Assembly: GCA_037379345.1 (NCBI GenBank)
Contig: CM074512.1
Coordinates: forward strand, 14,942,001-15,006,000
Length of the DNA stretch: 64,000 nucleotides
Source: Perna viridis
Lineage: Eukaryota
Direction: 5' to 3'
The translations under genes and the position numbers were made by a program. Positions 25,702 through 40,900 of the stretch are shown here, piece by piece. Below the pieces are notes generated by a model, which was not told where the DNA came from, ran no database searches, and saw nothing but the letters and a program-made list of their open reading frames with translations. Within the stretch, counting starts at the first letter, position 1. Every line of letters starts with the position of its first letter.

Positions 25702-27681
25702 AAACAAGAAGTTCCCAGGAGTCTGAAACGTTCACCTGGTTAAATTTTTGTCTTTCAAGGGCAATAACTCTATTAAGGAGTTATCCAACAATTTGGACTC
25801 GTAAACACTTTGGTAGGACTTTTCATAAGGATTATTTCATCAATGAAAGCATCTTCCTGTCTATATAGTTTTCAAGATATTGGCTGAAAACTGCTAAAAA
25901 CATCATTTTTCGCCTTTCGATGGCAATAACTCTAACGAAGAGTCGTCCAACAACTTTTGCCTTTCAAGGACAATAACTCTAACAAAGACTTGTCTGACAA
26001 CTTTGATCCCCGAAAGCTTTCGTAGACCTTATAATAAGGATCATTTTGGCAATTGAAAGAATATGGCTTAACTTGGTGTGTTTGGAGATATGAGGAAAAC
26101 TTCTGACTGACCCCTTTGTCCTATTCTTAATAACAGCAGCCATGTGTTTCCCACATCAGATCAACGCAGAATATGTTAAGGAAGATTCATACTAACTTTA
26201 GTTATTATTGGTCTAGTAATTTCAAAGGAGATTTTTTAAAAGAAATAACATTAAAAATAAGGATAAAACATGGAACTAGAGGTTCTAGAGAGCCTGAATC
26301 GCTCACCTGGTCTGAAATAGTCTTTTTCGCTTTCTAAAGCTGGACTCTTGACCTTACTGTACTATCATCACAAGAATCATTTAATCAATAGAGAGCACCT
26401 TAGTTATCTACCGAGTTATCATACTATTAAACAAATCTTTCCCGAGTCATTTTGGACTCTTCAAGGGTAATAACTCCGACAATGGTCATTTTTCGCCTTT
26501 CGATGGCAATAACTCTAACAGAGTCGACCAACAACTTTTGCCTTTCAAGGACAATAACTCTAACAAAGACTTGTCTGACAACTTTGATCCCCGAAAACTT
26601 TCGTAGACCTTATAATACAATGTTAGGTACATCCATGCCAATTTTGGTTACAATCCATCAGGTAGTTCAGGAGGAGAAGATTTTCAAAGTTGGAAAAAAA
26701 TGTATTCGATGAGACCGAACTATGCCGAAATTTTCCTTAAGATCTGTTAAAATTTCGGCATAGTTCGGTCTCACCATGCTGATCAATTCACCCTGTCAGA
26801 ATTTAGCTTAACCAATTTGTTTACGAGTTTTTTTTTCTCCAAACATCTTAAAGTTGACCCCTACGGTCTATTTTTAGTAACATTGGCCATGGTTTTTGCC
26901 AGATAAAAAATCCTCACACAAAGATTGTTAAAAATTTGTTAGGTACATTCATGCCAATTTTGGTTACAATCCATCTGGTAGTTCAGGAGAAGATTTTCAA
27001 AGTTGGAAATACAAAATTTCTCATTCATCCGTCAAGGGATCTTTCTGAAAATTTCGGCATGGGTCAATGAAATCAAGCTGAACAATTTTACTCCCTGCCA
27101 GATTTTAGATAAACTCAACTCCTTTTTGAAATACGTGCAAAATTCTGCAATTTGACCCCCTATGGTCTATTTTTAGTAAATGTGGCCATGTTTTTCGCCA
27201 GATCATTACCATGCACAGATTGTTAAACATGTTCTAAATAACATTTATGCTAAATTATGTTTCAATCTATCTTGTAATTTCAGAGATTTTCGAAGTTGTA
27301 AAAGTGAAATTCGGGGGAAAAAAACATTTCAGGACCCACAACTCATTCATTCATCAATGGATATTTCTGAAAATTCTGGCGTAGGTCCATCATGCTGAAA
27401 AATTTCATCCCGGCCAGATTTTAGCTAGACCCAACTGTTTGAGTTATGTGCATTTAACTCCTATGGTCTATGTTTAGTAACAGCAACCTTGTTTTTTTGC
27501 CAGATAAAAATCCCAACACAAGGTTGTTAAAAATACCTTTAGGAACATTCATACAAAGTTTGGTTACAATCTACCGAGTAGTTTCAGATGAGAAAATGTT
27601 TGAAAAAGTTTACAAATGATGACGTGAATGGAGGAAGGACACGTAGTGATGGCAACAGTTCACATGCCAGGTGAGCTAAAA
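25702..27681. mobile_element. Compound HINE-type element(s) with two kinds of internal tandem unit
   Basis: Starts aacaagaagttcc...cgttcacctggt (25702) and aactagaggttctagagagcctgaatcgctcacctggt (26274). Internal duplications 25902-26036 ~ 26486-26616 and ~300-bp units over 26620-27600. Ends gtgatggcaacagttcacatgccaggtgagctaaaaa. Confidence 0.65.
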
Positions 27682-30600
27682 ATTAATAAATTACATATTC
27701 TTGGGTGAATCTGTTAGTTCCACAGGAGTCAACTGAGATACAAGATTGCTATGTGTCACCATATAACTCCCATAAAGTTGTGCGGTATGATATGATCAAC
27801 TGCATAATGTATCTAACAATTGTACAAAATTGGAACAAAATCTGCCTAGTGGTCATAGAGGAGTTGCATTCACGAACTTCGGACTAACATACATTAGGAT
27901 ACATGGACAGTGGGTACCATTACCATGTCTCTCAGTTGCATTGTGGCGGGGGACGACGACTTGTTACATCAATGACTATTCCGGTAAACTTTGACTAGCA
28001 TTGGGGTAATGGGGTTACCTTGCCAAGAGTAAATGAGCCTTTATTTTCAGTGCAGTGTAGATGTTACGATGAACAATTTTTGTCAGTTTTATTGTCTATG
28101 TAATTAATCAAGTTTTTAAACAAAAAATATTTATTATCAAAACTCATTTCATATTACTTTATATTCAGGTCTTTTTTAATGTCAACATGTGAAGTTTCTA
28201 TAGGAATTCCTTGTAGCACAAAACATATTCAAAAATATACATGCTCTTACGAGTACTTACATTTTGTTAAATTAATAGAAAACAGACCCAATATTGGACT
28301 TTAATTCCTTTTAAAATTCTACATCTGTTTGGACAAGTTTTACCCCAGACTCTGTCCATACATGACAGAGACATGTCTAACTTTGTTATTTAGTTTAAAA
28401 CTTATAATTCTAAATGGGATATTTACTGTAGTTTTTCTACAATGAGATGTACCATAGGTGCAACTTCAACTTCTTATTAATGTTGTTTGTGGGGCTTGCA
28501 TGTTAAATGAACACATTATTTCTTTAATTCACTGTTAATAATTTGTAAGCTAACATGCAAATGATTTGATATAAAACCAAATGTAAACATTTCTGATGAT
28601 GCAACCACAATAATGCATGTAATGATACAGTCACATAAAAGAAATATCAATCTTTATTATTGGAGACTATACATATGAAAATATTCAGTATAAAATTTAA
28701 CATGATGAAGATATAAAACTCTACAAATGATATATAATGGAATGAACACACAGATCTCTCTAATATCAACATTGTATACATCACAGAGGTTCAATTTGTA
28801 CCTATTAGTATAACAAGTTTCAATCAATACTGTGCACAATTTAACAAGTGTGAATGTTTCTTTTTAAAATCATTTCACTTTGCATAACTATTTATTGGCC
28901 ACATCATAAAATCATTTGCATAGCACTGAGCTTATTATTAGGCAAAAAAATCCATATAAATCTGTTTATTCTATTTTATTTATATAAGAAGGGAGTGAAC
29001 CAATTCTAAAACAGGAATGTAAAAGTGCATGTTGGTCTTTTTATCACAAGTAACATGGAAAATGATAGAGAAAAAATTCTAAATACAGGTAACAGAAACA
29101 TTTTTATATTTTACACCCAGATTTCATGTTGATCAAAACATTGAAGATCATATGATACAGAAAATTAAATTGCCTTAATTCTTAGGTATATTTATAATCA
29201 ATTTGTATGCTTTTTAACTACATAATTCCACAATTCAATGTACCTTCTTTACATGGTAGTCTTACATAGTATTAATTTACAACATTAAAGTAATAAAATT
29301 AAAAAAGTGTTTTCAATGATCATTTGAATAAAATTGTTAAACACTATATACAGTTAAATAAAAGTAAAAAAGAATGGTTCAACTGCCTTAGTAAACTACT
29401 GATATCAATCTGAATTTGCTGCCTTGATGTCAAACAGAAAAATATTTGTAGATCTTGTTTAAATGATTTCTTCAACTTGTTATACCAACAATGTACAACC
29501 TAATTTTTTATTTTGATACAGAAAAAAAAAACATTTAAAAAAATCACTATTTTTAAATATAATATTCATTATTGGACATGATATTTTCTGTATTGCTGTT
29601 TGTCACACCCAACCTACAAACTACAACAGTATATTAATCAACTTTAGTGTGTATACAAATGGCAATGCAACAAAACGATAAAAAGTGAGGTACCTTGGTA
29701 ACAAACCAACCAGGAAGTGAATTACAACAAGTACAGGCACCATTATCACTAGGATTGACCCTGAGCAACTCTCAATATTTACATAATTATTGCACTAGGC
29801 TATAAATATCTCAATGATATGCCTAAATATAGAAGTGATACAAACAACCTATCCATGATATGTGTACAAATGTACATAGATGAAACTAAAATGAAGGAAT
29901 TGGTAATGTCAAGATGTTTAAAATGAAAAGAGAATACGAGCCATGACTTTTCATAAAGTAAGGTGCATTAGTATACATAAAAATGTAAAATGATAATTAA
30001 GACACAGTTTTTTGCTACTTGTAACTTCATGGTTAGATTTTCAATTTAAATAATTTATAAGGAAATAAAAAATTCACTAAGTAACATAAATTAACACAAA
30101 AAGAATTTCAACGGGAACCAATGTATTATAAAATAAAAAAAAAATCATGAAAAACATGGATGAATCTTAAATAACACAATTCTAATTAAAAAAAATGTGG
30201 CAAATCCTAAACATTTAGATAGTCCATAACACATTTAAAATTAATAATTCAAAAGTTACCATGAACTAGTTCAAATTCTTAAAATTGAAATCAAGTATCT
30301 GTCAAAATAAGTTAATATGGACAGAGTGTCAGTGTTGTCCTACATATTTACAATGTAAGACCAGAGCTATGAATGGTTAAAAAATATTCTGACAAAAGTT
30401 GAACATTGTCGACATGGAAGTAGATGACTGCGCAAGGGAAGAGGCACTGTTTTGTCCTTTAACATGTCCATGGATAAGATTTTATATTTATTAATTAATA
30501 ATTTGGAAATTATTGGCCATGTAGAAATGTATCAGGCTTTCTTAGAAAGAAGTATCACACATTCTCACCGTATGAGACTTTGTCCATAGCAACATGGCAG

Positions 30601-31980
30601 TGTACCTTAAGTAAAGAATGAGCTCCGTCCATCATAGGCATAGCCTAAAATCATATTAGTAGGTAGATGCCACTATTTTTTTATCATTGAGTGTTGTGTC
30701 ACATTTCTATAATTTTTTTTCTTTAACTGCAGAATTTTCAAAAAGCACAGCTTAATACAATACAGAGGTTTATCTCTGAATAGTTAAGGCAAGTAAGGAC
30801 ACTACAATTAAGCTTTCATCAATTCTCAATTTAGAGTATGACAACATTTTTGACACATCATAGGGTTCTGACAGAATTTCATAACATCATTAAACTAAAT
30901 ATTTACCTTTTAGTGTTCAAAACAGAAAATCTAAATACAATATCAAAGAAACCTAACAATTAAAGTCAAACAAAGTGAAAATTTTAGAACATTTCGACCT
31001 CAAGACTTTTAACTTATTTCCATTGAAATTGCTAAAAAAATATTGTAACCTATTATTACAAAATTTTATAAAATACTTGTTTTTGGCCCCCAATTTCTCA
31101 AAAAAAAGAAAAAATGCAACATCCCTCCCCCAAAATAAATACAAAACTATCCTTTCGTAATACAGAACCTATGTTCAATCGAGTATTCCAAAAGCTATTG
31201 CACCAAAAACAAAGTAATAAAGGATGAAGACGCCACTATCATATTATTACATAGCAGAAACTTTTTGCAGACTTCTGATTAAGATTTACATGCCGAAAGA
31301 AAAAAGAAAATAACTGAAAAATCTAGACAAAAATGCTGCATGGCATAAATGGTATAAAGTATTGTTTAGGTATTGATTAGTAAATATTTTTTTTTATCTA
31401 TGATCTATACCCCTGACATGAAATACTACTTAAATATTTATCAGCCAACAATTTCTGAACTTTGATTATATATGTATAAAAACCTATGAAAGGAAAATGT
31501 GTAAATATAGTTGTATATATCTAGAGTAAACCCAATGAAAACAGGGATAAAAGTTACACAAATACCACTAAAATAAGATTTGATAACTGTTCTTTAAAAT
31601 GGAATATAAAAGTATCACAAAAATCTGGGATAACTATTAAAAGTCAACAATTTAAATATATCTACAAATCCATTACATCACATAACATTTTGATATCAAC
31701 CTCAACATTTTCTCTTTCATTTTAACTTATAATAGAGGAACTGCCCGTACAATAGTATATTAAACAATCAAATACAAATGCATCTACTAGTATTGCTTTA
31801 AAAGTTTCAGAGCAATAACAGTATTTTGGTGAACCTGATTACCAATATCATGATAACCTGATAAAGGGTCAACATATCAAATACCCCTAAATGTTTTCTT
31901 AGACAACAAAACTCAAGAACATTTTTTTTATTTGTCTCCGGTAAAAATGGCATTCAAGATGTATCACCTATAATAAGTTA

Positions 31981-34900
31981 TCATGCAATACCCACTGTCT
32001 CCTGTAGACCACTTTGAGAGTTAATGCCTGTGGTGGCCTGCTGAACAATATGAGAATATTCCGATGAATATTGGTCATTGTAAGATATGGCATTGGTCCA
32101 AGAAGGAGAAGTCAACAAATGGCTTAGGTTCTGAGGAACACTTCGATGACTTTCATCTACTGTTTGGTTGTTCATGGCAGCAAGATTAGCATCGAGGTCA
32201 AAGCTCTCACTATGCCAACTAAAAGGTCTCTGTGACATACTTGGTGCACCCTGTGTACTTGGATATACTGCTGACAAGCGACGGGGATCAAAGTCATGTG
32301 ATATTCTTGATACTCTCGAATCTGTTGATCTTATTGTACAGTTGTCATATAAATCAATGCTCCCATTGCCTGTGTTTGATACTTGCATATAAAGTGATTT
32401 GTCATTACACAATCCATGCATTAAAGGAAGACTAAAGGCATGAGTATCATCTCGGATTGTCTCTAACTCAGGGTGCAGTATTTCACCAGAGTTTAGTTCT
32501 GTAGTAGACGTACTCAGTGTGGGCTGAAAGTAAATAATGTAATGTAAATGTAATTAATGAATAATCATATATGCAGTACCCAATAACTATCAATATTATT
32601 TTTTCTAATTCACATAATAAAAAAAAATTGTCTCATTAACATGAAGAAGTCTATATGTTATTCATGCAATATCGAAAATGAACAATTACTGATGTGCAAA
32701 CTAAACAACTACCCAACAAAAACTCTCCAACATCAAAAATAAGAATTATTTATAGGTATTTTTTACTTCAACAAAAATATATGCAGGGTTACAGGGTTGG
32801 ATGTTAAGGCAAACTGTTTTAATTACAAATATAAACAATGACTGAGTATTTTTAAAGTGATTTCTGCTTACCTGACTTTCCTCATTATCTGATGGTTCAG
32901 TGGGTATTTTTTCTAGAGATGTGTAACTGTTCTCAGAATGTTTCGATTCGTTAAAATCAGCAAACATGGCTGGTGGAGCAAACACTTGTTGTTCCTGTAG
33001 AGTTTGCTCTGTCTCGGTGTGGGAAATGTTTGAGATATTACTCTGGCTGACATAAGGCGTCATCTCTGGTATAATTTCATTAGACAAGTACACAACATTT
33101 TGATTGTCAACCATTTGACCAGAAAAACTTTCCTGACTATGGTAAAACTGGCTCTGGGAACCAGACAAGTCTGTTTCATAACCTTGCTCTGTATTTTGGT
33201 AGTACTGGCTCAAGTTCTGTGAACCTGATAGGTCAGTATCATACTGTGGATAATTAAAGTAGTGTGAATCTAAGTTCTGTGAACTTGTAAGTCCTGGATC
33301 ACAGGCCTGGGCAGCTTGTATCTGACCATTAAATGTGTTATAATTATAACCATGTAGTTGGTACATGGGTTTGTTGTAATGGTAGTATGGAGATATGTGG
33401 TTATCACTAGTGTGTATCTGCAGCTGTGTCAGGTTACTCTTGAAACTGTCAGCTCTACTTGTACTTCTACTAACAGGTTGTGACAAACATGACCGCTCAT
33501 AGTGTAAACTTGATGTTGGTGTGTGATTCATGTACAAAGGTATATTCATTTGTTGTGAACTATATAGAGGCAGTTGCATGGCCTTTTGTACTGGAAAATT
33601 CCCATGAAAACTTCCACTGTTATTTGGAGAAAAGTCTCTCTCTATAGAGTTCCCAGAGTAAGAAGAAGGTAATGTCCCACTATAAATTGAATGTGGGTTC
33701 TGGTATCCTGTTACAATGTTTCTGTCAGGTGATCTGTTTAGGTGACGGTTACCAGATGGACGTCCTACAGATGCTGATTTGAATAATTCACCAGGACCAG
33801 ATTCAGCTCCTGGGCTTCGTCTGTTCATTTTAGAGGATGGCATATAGTCTAAAAAAAAAAAAAACGAAAATATTTCAATATCTACAAATGCACTTGCAAA
33901 TGGCCTGAAAATGGATGTTTTGACATAATTAATCTATAAAGTCTTCATAAATGTTTCAAACTACCAAGATCCTAATTCTCACAGTAAAAAAAATCCTTAT
34001 TTTCTACAGGCACACTGCAATTTATAACAATTATACCTAATTATACCCAATTTCAGAATTGATAAGATATTTATCTGTGGCCTTTTTTCTGGAAGTTGGC
34101 ACAACTTGTGGTCAAATGCTTTTTAATATGTTCTACTTTAATCACCACAATCATCTCAATTGAACAACAAACACACTATCTGGACACTTAAAAGACAAAC
34201 CAAGGAGTATTTTTGTATTCATAATAACTAACTCTTTTTTAAGGAAAATAAACTAAAAAAATGCTAGTGCCTTAAAGACAAAATGTATCAATGACGTTTT
34301 CCAAGCCAAAAATGAAATCCAGCAACACAATATACAAATATAACACTTGTGTCAAAATTTCAAGTGACTGTGTGTAGTAGTTGCAAAAAAAATGAAGAAA
34401 GTGGCCAAGAGACATGCATGAGTAAAATAGTATATTCCCTTCCTTTGGAGTAGGGTATATTATAATAATCAATACATGTGTCACCAAATATGTAATCAAT
34501 GTAAATGTTAAGTAAAATATTGGCTAAAAAGAATCACTTTATCTGAGATTTGATAATTTGAATCAAGTTTTGAAAGAGTTTTTTTCTTTCCCTATTTCCC
34601 AAAAATCATTGGATCTGAAGATTAGTAGGTTAAACTATCATGTAGAACTAACACTTTTTGTAGTTGAATATTTGTTCAACCTAAGAAATAGACATAGCCC
34701 AAAATGATAATAATTGACACTTATTTATTCTATACAAATTTCCAATTTAACTTTTCCAATCACTTGAATTCAGTCACTTTCACAAAAGAGGAGGGTTTTC
34801 CATTTTTCAGAAAATGAATAAAAAATGCTTTCAGCAATTTTTATGAATCTTTGTGAACTGTTAACATCTACTGAAATATGCCTCTAATTATTCCATTTTT

Positions 34901-37900
34901 TCTTTCAGAAGTATTGGACTTTAAACAACACAAAATGGAGGATGGCATATCATGTGCTTTAAAGAAATTGTTTATTTTTTTATGATTTTTTTTTGATAAC
35001 CTTCTGCTACCCAAATCAATGGGCAGGAGTTGAATTACTTCTACTATGTAATTTGTTTGCATGCCTCATAATTGATGGTTTCATAAGAAATGCATCAATT
35101 AGTTTGAAATGAATAACAATATAATCATACTCTGCTTGTAGTTGATTATGCAGGAGCTTAATTCAGAAACAACTAATTGCAATAAAAAATGTATTTAAGT
35201 GTTGTTTTAACTATTTTTACATTTTAATATCCATGGCCATAGACTAATTTTACAACTTTATATTCAGAATAATAAGGAAGGAATGGTACTTGTTAGATGG
35301 TGATATACTGAATTCTATCAATCCATACTCACTTGGTAGTGTAGAAAACGTTTGACTAGTACCAAACATCGGTGGAGTATCAATCATTATTTCTCTGCTA
35401 TGGTCTGAAACAAGAATGATTGATTGCTTGATTATGGTTTAACATCATATGGCAAATATTTCATGCATTTCAGATAGATAACATTTGACCAACTGAACAT
35501 ACCCTGCTTTATATTAGTCCATCATGCTGAGCTGGATCATAATTGTGCTAACTAACAGAAGCAACATCCCACTCGGATACATTATTCTTTGGACATGTCG
35601 ATTGCAGTAAAACCCACTTCTTATGAGCTGGGTAAAAAAAATAATAGATGATTGTACAAAAACTTTCATAATACTAAAACTAACAAAATTATTCCAAATT
35701 AACTCATTTATTTTGATCTTGCTTGTAAGAAACCATAAGAACCTCACCATCATCTTCAAAGCTGATTGTCATTTTATCACTGGCAATCCCTGACGTTGTA
35801 TTAGAGCTGGCATTACTGACAACAGAGTATCTTGTGTTCAACACAGATTTTGTACTAGGAGAAAGACTTCCCCTTAATGACCCTCCACAATGTGCCACAA
35901 GGTCTTTTTGATCACTATAAATATACTGTTCTCTATATCGTTTCTTGTCTGAAATAAATTATAAACAGAACTTTTTACAAAGCTGAATTGACTTTTGATA
36001 CAAATCTAAATAAAATACATTCTGGAGGACAGCTAGATTGTCCTGCAGAGGTCAAACCTCAAAGAATAGTAGCAATTATAAAAGCAACTTTCAAGCTATC
36101 TGCAGCTCAGAATAGTTTTTAAATATATGAGACAGCATTAGTTTCTAAGTGAGAATGGAAGTGGACCAAAATGAAAAGTGGGAAAAGCATTATACTGAAA
36201 ATGACAAATCCATGTACCTGCTCTAGACAACCAGCACAACAGACCTATATCACTCCATTTCTTCTTTGTTTTTCAAAACTACTTTTAGCTAATAATGAAT
36301 TAAGTCAAAAGTGTCAAAAATAAACCTTATGAATTTCTGTTTAATATTTTACAGACAGCTTTTAAGCTCATGCCAAGTCAGATAAATGAAGGCTGTCATT
36401 TCCATACATGAAATAGTAATTATAGTATATATACCTTGTTCCTCTAAATGTCTGATTTCGATCAATTTGGGATGTATTGCTAATTGGAACATATGTGTAG
36501 CTTTACAAAGCTGAAGTAGGTATTTTGATTTAGTATCACAGTCAGTGTAATAGGAAAACTTTCTCCCTTCTGGTGAACCAGCAGCACGAATCTCAAACTT
36601 CTTTTTCTGTAAATATCATTTTATTATGCATTTAAAACAAATACAATCATATCCCCCAAAGAAGCAACTTTTCAAACGCTTCATCTTCAGCGCACATGCA
36701 GGTCAGGTTTGAAAGGTTAATACATGACATTCAAAGATTGACTTCTTGTAGTTTCAAATCATAGCCATTTTATTCTAACAATAATAGTATTAACAAGTAG
36801 TATTTGTACATGTTAGTCTCCTGAACAATTTTTTGCAGTCATTTAATAACTGTGAAGTTCTGAAACGTAACAGGTAATGGCATCAGCTTTAATAATGTTG
36901 TTACCCTTGGCACAACAACTGAAATCATACAAATCTTTTCATGAACTCAAAAAGTCACAGGTTTTTCTTCATGAACCAATTTTTATTTTGGCAGATGTAA
37001 ACTTCCACTTCAATTTATTTTTTATATTAATTTACCTTCAACATGGAAAATATTTTAAAAAATGTGATCTTAAAAAGTATGATTCTTCAATACAAAACTA
37101 AACATAAAAACATTACATACTTCAAAAAACAGCTTTCCAATATCTGGCCATAGGAATGTTGATATTAAATTCTTCAGATTCTGGTCAACCACCTGCAAAC
37201 AATAAAACATCAATTTGGTTATTGTTAAATTAGAACTCCCTTTTCCCTAAAGTACAAAGGAACACAAAACATCCGTCATACTACAGTCACATGAGTCTTA
37301 CAAACAACCAATCATATTGAAGTTTCTGATCAATTTGTGTACCAAAATTTTTCAATTAGACTTTTTAATCTTTCTTTTGAAGGGTTGCAGAGATTATTAT
37401 TCAACTTTACTTACAACAGACAAAGGACAGAATCTAAGTGATCGAAAAGCTCATTTAGAGTTTGAATCAGGGAAGCACTACATTTATTAACCTCATATAT
37501 TTCAATGCCCTTGGCACATATTCCAAGCCATGCATTCCAGTTTTTGTCCGTTTTTCTCTTTTTTAATCTGTAGAAATGCAAGTTAAAGGCAGCTGGTGAC
37601 ACAGATGCTTCTCGAATGAACTTGAATTCTGCCTCAGCTTTGCTCAGGTTATGTAAGTCTTGATGTATCAAAGGAGTATTCTTACAAATATAATCTATTC
37701 CTCTTTTCTCACAAACCTATAAAAAACGGTACATACTGGTATATAAATCATATTGTATTGTATCTGGAGCATGTTTAAATATATGGAGCTTATGAAGAAA
37801 ATTCAGACTACAACAAATATAAAGTCTGTTGCTACAATAGACTTATGTTTACTCCCATGGAATGGCATATCATCTTAAAGTGTGATTTTTCAGAAGTAAT

Positions 37901-40900
37901 CTCAAAACTGGTATTTCATCATGTGTACCTTTGTGTGCATCTTAAATAAAATCTTCATCTACTTTTACTCATAAAATGACTTCAATTCTTATAGTTTTCT
38001 TTTCACACTTGTAAAATTGACAGGAAGTAAAGTGCTAAAAGAAAAAGGTTTAACAAGTCTAACAATACACTATCACTATATACTCCCACTAGGGGTATAA
38101 CAATACACTATCACTATATACTCCCACTAGGGGTATAAAAACAGTTACAATGAAAATCAATCAAGTAAGAACAAGGTGAATAAGGTGAAAAAAAAATTAC
38201 CCAAGCTGGAAAGTATTCTCTGGGATCAAAGTATTGTACACCATGTTTACATCTGACATAGTTGCCATTGTCAGCTTGAAGAGCATAGGACACCAGCTGG
38301 AAACATTTCTCTTCTGTACAAACATGTCCATAATTGTGTACATTATCTTTTAGTTGCAGATAATACAAATGCCTGGTTATTTTCTCCCTGTAAAAACACA
38401 AAATAAAATATATCAGGGAAGGAAAAGTAGGCAAAAAGCTATCAAAAAAATGAAAACAATTTAAACCAATTACCACCTTTCAACATGATATTAATCAATA
38501 CATTTTTGGACACATTTACAAAATAGTGTCTGAGCTTGCCTATAATAGAGGGTTATTTTTATTAAACCACAGCTCAACAAACAAAATATAAAAAAAAAAA
38601 TAATTTAGATTAAGCTGACATACTTTTTTTCTTATTTTAATGCCTATTCATTTTATTACCTTAGTAAGACAATCTGATCCACATAATACTGAACACGAAA
38701 GTACAGTAAGACCAATGGTTGACCATCAGCATCCAGTCCCTATAATTGTTCAGAAACAATAACACAAAATAAATTCTAATTACACAGCTACATTGCATGT
38801 TTATTCACCAACAATCAATTCCTGATTTATGACATATGACCACTGCTAACCTAGAACCAGACATTTCTATAAGTTATTCACCATTCAGAACAATGATATG
38901 TACTTCAAACTGAATGCTCAAAAAGCATAATTTTGTGAGCAGTTCTTAACATTGACACATTATTTGGTATTATATAGTTCCAAATAATGTGTCAATGTTA
39001 AGAACTGCTCACAAAATTATGTTTGGCCAATTACTCATATTTTCTTTGTATCATAAATAGGATATATTGGTAATTTAGTGTACAATAAAATATTGTATGT
39101 ATCAATTGTACTGAAAATCTATATAGAACTTATTATTCGACTACACAGGTCCTTTTGTTGTTATCATATTATACCATAGACTAAAATATACCTTTTTTGT
39201 AAATGCATTATAAGTGTATGTTTAAACCCTGTATCATTTACCCTTTATCACACCTCTTAACCTATATCACACCCTTTCGGTGAAATAGGTCGAGGACTGA
39301 TACCACATGTGATACAGATTTTGACATATCATGTTCAGCATATATAAAATTTTGTGATCTATATCTGCATATCACATAATGATACACTGCAGCAGCTTTT
39401 TCTCAAATGGCATTCTTTAACTTTTGAAATATCTGGTTTTATGGACAGGAAGCATTTAATCCATTTTTTTCTTACATATACACAACATAACCAAACTTTC
39501 ATCAGTAGGTAGATACACAATATGGAATATATGATAGATAGAAAATGCACTTGTAAGCTTATTAATTCAAAAAGTAAAGATGAATAGTATTCAAACAAGT
39601 ACTTGTAGCAAATGAAGTTGGTAGGAAAAAAAATGACTTTCTAAATATAAAACCAAATATTTCTAGATATCATCTATATATCAGGAGACAAAGTCCTCAT
39701 AATGGTAATCAATGCAAATTAAACCTTGACCTCAAAAGCACTGAAAGCCTGATTTCAGTCTGACAGGAAGTTAACTTCTAAATGTAATACAAAGCAAGAA
39801 TCTTCTTTAGTTATGTATCTTTGGCAGTCATAAATGATTGTTGCTTTGTGTCCTAAAGTTTTCTTAATTAAATTATGTCAGAACAATTAATCCTAGTTGA
39901 TGTAAAACTGTAAAAGGCATTAGGTCTGTTATTTTTTTAAAATATCAATATATTCCACTTCGTCATTTTACAGGTCAAACAGTGAGATATCAACTCATAC
40001 AAAATGTACCTCTGTTGTTCCAGTTCTCCAACTCTTTGGGGCAAACTTCTGTATTTTCTCCTCTAAAGGAAGGAAATGATATTCCTCATCTAATAAATAA
40101 AAATGCATTTCTAAATGAATACATTGTGAATCTTCTGTTGCCATAACACAGGCCATATAATGGATGAAACTTCTTAGTTGTATCATAACATCGTTGTAAC
40201 AGCAAAGTCGTTGAAGAAATACTGTTGAACTCTTGAATTGTGTTTCCATTGTTTCAAGGTCAAAGGAAAATAATTTCATGGGTTTTACTAAAATATGATT
40301 AATACATGTATTTATAGTGTGACCTTATATTTTAATATATAATACAGTTATATTCAGTCATGAACAATGCTATATCCACATGTAATAAACAGCTACCATT
40401 TTATTTGTCGTATAAAAAAATGGAGGCCTCAGTGTTCTCCTCAGGATTTAGTATTCAAAATGTACATTGCTGCTTATGTTTATACGAATAATTCATAGCT
40501 AAATATTTTACCTTTTTTCTTCAATTCCAGTAATTATAACTTAAATACCATTTTTTAATTTTTTCCTCCTTATATTTAACCCAAAAAATTAAAAAGATAT
40601 TCTATCACATTAAGATAAATAATTCATACACACCCGGGGTTCTTCATTGATGTTTTACCTGCAAATTTTTGCTGACAGCAGACCCATTGGAAATTACAAT
40701 ATTTAATTTGTTTTGTGGTCTTAATGGCTCATTTGCATGTGAAATTCATTTGATTACATGTAAGAGCATTCTCAATGAAACTCTTTTCCCAGTCTTTGTA
40801 ACTTACAGTATATCTATAGATTAAGAATTATCTAATCAGGTACAGGTAATAGCCTACTCTGGTCTCAAAATTTCATGTGGTCAAAAATTTACAGGAAGTC

